Assembly (NCBI GenBank): GCA_051362555.1
Contig: CM120640.1
Location: 11,904,001 to 11,968,000, forward strand
Source: Lingula anatina
Taxonomy: Eukaryota; Animalia; Brachiopoda
Direction: 5' to 3'
Length of the DNA: 64,000 nucleotides
Below, piece by piece: positions 58,801 to 64,000 of this stretch (positions within the stretch are counted from its first letter, which is position 1; every line of letters starts with the position of its first letter). The translations under genes were made by a program, and so were the position numbers. The notes beneath the pieces were generated by a model. That model did no database searches, was not told the origin of the DNA, and saw nothing but the letters and a program-made list of their open reading frames with translations.

Positions 58801-61800
58801 TTCATAAAACGCAGGTCAAGTTCGAAAATCAGCATGATCGGGCCATTATTGTAGAAGTTATGCTGTTTTTTCACTTTTCAGCATATATGCAACCCTGTTA
58901 ACACATTTTAAGGAAAACCGATAGGCCTGTTGTCATGAAACTCACAGGAGTAATCAATCTTACTAAAACGCAGGTCAAGTTCGAAAATTGGCATGATCGG
59001 GCCACTATTTTAGTAGTTATGCTGTTTTTTCACATTTTAGCATATATGCAACACTGTAAACACAATATAAGAAAAACAGATAGACCAATTGTCATTAAAC
59101 TCACAGGAGTGGTCAATCTTACTTAAATGCAGGTTGAGTTTGAAAAGTAGTATAATCGGGCCATTGTTTTAGAAGTCATGCTGTTTTTTCACATTTCCTC
59201 AAATTCAATTCTTAGGCATGTTAACAGTCTTACTATTTCATTAATAAGACACATAAAAGTGTTTGTTTGACATTTCCTGCATCTTTACAACATTGTTAGT
59301 TGATTATGTAGAAATAATGTTTAACTTGTTATCGTGTATTGTGTAATAAAGTGTCAAAAATGGAAATAAACTCATATCAGTCAAATTCAATCATTTACTA
59401 TGTTCAGAATGTCAGAATGGAGGAAATTGGACATTTGACACAGTTCTATTGATAATTGTCCCATCTCATCAATTTTCTTAGTTGATCATATAAAAATGGC
59501 AGTAAACTGTTTATTTCATCTTATATTAAAAAAGTGTTAAAAATGGAAATAAACCCATTTCAGCACAGTGCTGTCTAGTTTACATTTTGGCATATTCAAG
59601 GTGTCACTTTGAAGTTCCATGGGCATGAAGACCTTTGCTAGTCACATTTTCTGAATATACATGATATTATTAAAAATTGATGATCATTATGCTGTTAAAC
59701 ATTATGTAATATTGCATCAAAATTTGAAAATAAACCTATTTTGGGCACTGCTCCCATGATGACCATTTAAGGAAAACCATGTCATTTACTGTTCTCAAAC
59801 TTACAGAAAGAAACATGGGACTTAAATACAGCTTCAGTAGGCAATGCAATCTGTTTGGTAATTCTTTCTGCCGGTTAAACAGTTTTTTTGTGAAAGTTTA
59901 ATTTTTCACATATTGGCATTTTCAAGGTGTGACTTTGAAGTTCCACGGGCTTGAAGACCCATGCTAGACATATTTTCTGAAAATCCATGATACCTTTATT
60001 TTATTATTAAAAATTGATTGTCATTATGCTGTTAACCATTATGTAATATTGCATCAGAATAGAAGAACACACAATTTTGGGTGCTGCTGCCATGAAAACC
60101 ATTATGGGAAAACCATGTTACTTATGATTTTCAAACTTTCAAAAAAGAAATACAGGACTAAAATGCAGCCTGAGTTGGAAAAGCAGTCTAATTGACTTCT
60201 TTTTCTGGAAGTTATACATTTTCAGAGTGTGAACTTGAACTCCTATGGGGCTGAAGCCTTATGCTTGTTACACATTTTACTTACATTGGAATTACCTGTT
60301 GAGCATAATTAAAATTTGATGTTGAATTTGCAGTTTAGCATAATGTACTTTTGCATCAGAATTGACTGTACCCTATTTTGTTTTTTTTTTCTTCTTTTTG
60401 TCTGTACATTTGACAGCTTTGCTGCCTTGTTAATTATATTTTTTTGTATATTTTGAGAACTCCTGTTGATTGCATTTTATAGAGCTTGTCAAGCACAAGA
60501 CTGGTGATGGTGTCCCTTTTTGGAGGGGGGGGGTCCATACGAATGCGCTTACTCCAGCTGGTGGTACAATATCCGGAGGCGGTATCGCCTCTCTGATCCT
60601 CTAGTTATGTTTTAACTAAGGGTGATAAGCAAAAGGCTGCTGAGTTTTTTTCAGGGGGCATCTTAGCATGGGAAATGAAATATATTCCCTTGCTAAGACA
60701 CCACTAATCTGGAATCCTGTGATGGGAAATTCGCTTTCCCATGGCAGGATTCCACATTGGTGAGCTACAACAACAATTCTCCAGTGGTGGGATTCTTCAC
60801 AAATTGCAAAGATATTTTGAACAGTATTTGAGCTGAGGTCTAAATAAATGGGTCCGAAAATAGATCTGCTCTTGTTGAGAGTATGCTTTTGGTTTTGTAA
60901 TGAATTTGAAATATATGAAAATCATCAGTGTGTTCGTACATATCCATGTAGTCCCACTGCTGTGATCATTATCAGTGAATTGACTTTGGTTTCAAAGATG
61001 CCAAGAAGGACATAACTTAAAAGAATTATTGCACGAACTAATTGCGTACACTGATTCTAAAACCCGTTTAAGTTTCATTTTAGAAAGAAGACATAAAATA
61101 TGTTAGAAAACAATGAGTTCATACCTTCAACTTGGTGATCTTGTTTTATGTGGCCAGATTCAGTTTCACCAGAAAATGGTCTTGCACTGTTTCCACATGT
61201 ATTTGGCTCAAACATTTTACAGCCAGTTATATGTGAAATGAGTGCATTGAAAGCTTGTTGTAGGATCACTTGTTACCTGCCAGCTATACAGACACAACTG
61301 TTTGTGCCAGTGTAATCTTACATATGCTCACGACCTGGGAGACCTAAGACTACTGTTTTGCTACTTCCTGTCAAGTGTGGGTAAGTTCTCATTACAGAAA
61401 CCATCCAATAGGAAACAGCACTTTGAAACATTTTATCAAGGTTCTGACTTCTCGGTGTTTCTGTGATGAGAGTCGTGACTGAGGTGATTTAGTTAACAAA
61501 ATGCTGAAAATGACCCTGAAATTTTCTTGATTGTATGACAAAAGGACAGTTTTGAAAATCAAATTACCCAAAAGTAGTATTTTGGTTAAAAGTTATCTTT
61601 ATGTGGAATAACAGCTTTGTAAAAGATTCTAATCAGTACTAAAATTTGTCTTATTGCCAGATCTTTGTATTCTGCCTAAAGCGTATTTTTTTAATAAACA
61701 TAGCATGATATTTTGTTGTTTTTTTTTTTTTTTTTCAGTTGTGCTGTTAACAAAAATTACATTTGTAAATTGTTTAATTTGACACAACTATTCAAGAGAT

Positions 61801-63259
61801 TGTATTTTAAATGTTCCACCATATTCAACATCCAGTCCTTTCCTTTCACACTACACATTAAAACATGTCATATTACAAGTATTATGTTTTTGTAAATGTT
61901 AAGAGTTGTTACAATTTATTCTTTGTAAAGTACAGATGTCATTAATCTAATGCATAATGAAAAAATGAACACCTATAAAAAAGACAAGAAGAAAACATTT
62001 AACCTGGCATTGATTTAATGTGTATATTGTAGAACCAGCTGGTGAATGCCCTTCCACTACAGGGTGGGGTAGGGATGCTATTACTACGGAAGATGGGCTG
62101 GAAGCCTGGAGAGGGCCTAGGGAAGAATAATGAAGGTCCCAGTGAACCTCTTATGTTGGACGTCAAAATGGACAGAAAAGGTAAGCTTATAATCATCTAA
62201 TATTTTGTGTATTGCAGCATAAAGAAGTGGTCTGTATTGTGGATATATATACTTAAAGGTACCATAATTTATGTTATATATGCTCTTTTGTCCATGTAAT
62301 ATCATGTGGCAATCCTGGAGAATTACAAGCCCCTTGGAACTAGTGGAAATTTTAACAATGATATCTATTAGTAGCTATTTTGTTTAGTCCAAAAAGGACT
62401 CCAACAAAAGCCTTAGTATGCAGTTCATTTGTTGTAGCAGTGAATAGAATGGTATTAATTTAGAGCATAAAATTCAGACTGCTTACAGTTTCACATATGA
62501 ACTATTTCAGGATTGTATGGAGAAGGAGAAGGACCCAAGAAAGCACCTGTGGCAAAAATGCCAAAAGATTTATCTGGTAAGTTAAAAAAAAAAACATTTT
62601 GTCTAAACAGTGGAAAAGTTTGTTTGTTTGTTTGTTTGTTTTTGTTTTTTTTTTTCAAATTTAAATTGTTGATAAATACATAGAAATAATATATATAAAT
62701 ATAATTTGATTCAACTCACTTTAATAAGGATTTCTAAATGAGGGAGCAAATGTATTTCTTGATGCTGACACTTCCTTTGTGACTTAAATAATATTGCTGT
62801 ATTTTGATGTCTAGGTAAACATCCTGTGTCTGCACTGGTTGAACTGTGTAATAAAAGAAGATGGGGATCACCAAACTTTCAGCTCGTTTTTGAAGAAGGA
62901 CCATCTCACAAAAAGAATTTCCTGTTCAAAGTATGAAACAATTTACCACTTTCTGTTTTAATAAATGTACCGAATAACAATATTCAAACGTTTTATTCAA
63001 TAGTTAGGAATTTGGGTAAAAAATGCAATAGAAATTTATATTATTCCAATGAGAAAGCTTCTGTATTTTTTAAACAATATAAGATGAAGTAATTTATAGC
63101 TAGTATTTAAATGGGAATTTTTTTTTACTGCAGGTGAAAGTTAATAACACAGAGTACCAGCCATCAGTGGCATGTAACAATAAGAAAGCAGCCAAAGCTA
63201 TGGCTGCCACAGTATGTCTGCAAGCCATGGGTCTGGTGCCAAGGGACAGTGCCACATAG
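49802..63259 (+). CDS. SON: Protein SON homolog (RS domain, G-patch, dsRBM; about 1025 aa, 15 exons)
   Basis: Exons 49802-49808, 50280-50340, 50841-52012, 52176-52416, 52696-53016, 53274-53369, 53555-53664, 53873-54036, 54240-54458, 54623-54733, 55042-55161, 62033-62180, 62511-62576, 62815-62930 and 63134-63259, all in phase. Motifs: RS repeats, IDKARLRQIA..NA, PFINHPFKV, FPVSSGSHHR.KE, PGAFTGTTG..L, G-patch KMGWKPGEGLGK and dsRBM KHPVSALVELC. The first two exons are less certain. Confidence 0.92.
50217..50243. repeat. (CA)n microsatellite
   Basis: Directly visible. Confidence 0.9.
56675..58277 (+). repeat. Tandem array of 11 units of 143-146 bp
   Basis: Units start with TATCTCCAAAACTGGCAGAGAT at 56675, 56821, 56966, 57112, 57258, 57401, 57547, 57690, 57836, 57979 and 58125. 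Confidence 0.97.
58641..60430 (+). mobile_element. HINE-like family B copy nested inside the family A element
   Basis: Starts with the palindrome ATGTACAGACACAGATGTGTCTGTACAT, followed by a GTCGCC/GATGCC tract. 159-bp repeats at 58806, 58965 and 59124. 3' subTIR TGTCTGTACAT at about 60399. Confidence 0.82.
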
Positions 63260-64000
63260 AACAATTTCTCAGAACTCAATTTACATATGTAATATACAAG
63301 ATAATAGCAAAGTTTTCAATGGTCTATATGGCAAGGCAGTAACAAAGGACATTTTACCTATTCTTTTGCCATAATGTCAGATATATGAATGTTCTAAGAA
63401 CCAGCATACCACCTGATCAGAACTGTTTGTTCAGTGCATCAGAGACACTCAATTTTATTGAATATTTTTTTTGTCATTCTTCAGAGTCACTTAAAATATA
63501 TTTTAGAAAACATTCATGTCAGTCTTATTTTTTCAAATGGGTTTTATACAAAAACAATACAACAGAAGTTATAGTGTTAATACTAAAAATATAAAAACTA
63601 TCATTGAAAACTTAAAAAGGTCTTCAAATCTTAATTGATTCTCACTTTTTTTTCATACTTCAGGTCTATTAAATATATTAATTTGAAAAAAAATGTTTGT
63701 GTAAGAAGAGTGGCACTTCAAAATTTTTGGTACATTTATCTACACCTTTTTATCATTTTCTTCCATTTCTGGCAATTCCTATTCATCAAAATAAAATGTT
63801 AACAAAAAGAAAAACATGACACACTTGAAAAATAGATTGGTTATGAGTTTCATATAAATTTGAACATAATCACAACAAAATAAAATTGAGAGCATTTCTT
63901 TATGTATTAAATTATCTACATGAATTTACAAGTTTAAAATCGTTTATAACAGTATATTATTCACAATATGTTAAATAATTTTTATCATTAATAAAAGAGC

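Larger units (their letters stand above)
55689..60606 (+). mobile_element. HINE-like (Helentron-associated) non-autonomous element, family A, about 4.9 kb, in SON intron 11
   Basis: 14-bp subterminal IR ATTGTACCACCAGC (55689) / GCTGGTGGTACAAT (60557). 5' partial IR GCTGGTACA, a (CCGCCGGCT)n tract, internal tandem arrays, a 3' hairpin GAGGCG-GTAT-CGCCTC and a CTAGTT end. Confidence 0.82.

Overview
AT-rich, intron-containing animal genomic DNA. The repeat landscape suggests a lophotrochozoan or mollusc-like invertebrate (inference). I reconstructed eight protein-coding genes exon by exon, all with GT-AG introns and consistent reading phases. In order: the 3' end of a gamma-glutamyltransferase (+), PIPOX (-), a myristoylated calcineurin-B-like EF-hand gene (+), an intronless, C-terminally extended LSM10 only 284 bp downstream of it (+), PDXK (-), BDH2 (+), a Golgi alpha-1,2-mannosidase MAN1A (+) and SON (+). 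Introns and intergenic DNA hold many non-autonomous DNA transposons: TTAA-flanked Kolobok-like elements, Tourist-like and other MITEs with nested insertions, an L1/Tx1 fragment, and two Helentron-associated (HINE-like) families. One HINE carries a 146-bp satellite with a 4-mer higher-order repeat and a perfect nuclear-receptor DR1 site in every unit. The best lead is the EF-hand/LSM10 pair, which may share a first exon or be bicistronic. The SON locus is second, with a possible ACG start, a stop-containing cryptic exon before the G-patch exon and a twin-hairpin element. No database searches were run; all family calls come from recognising motifs.
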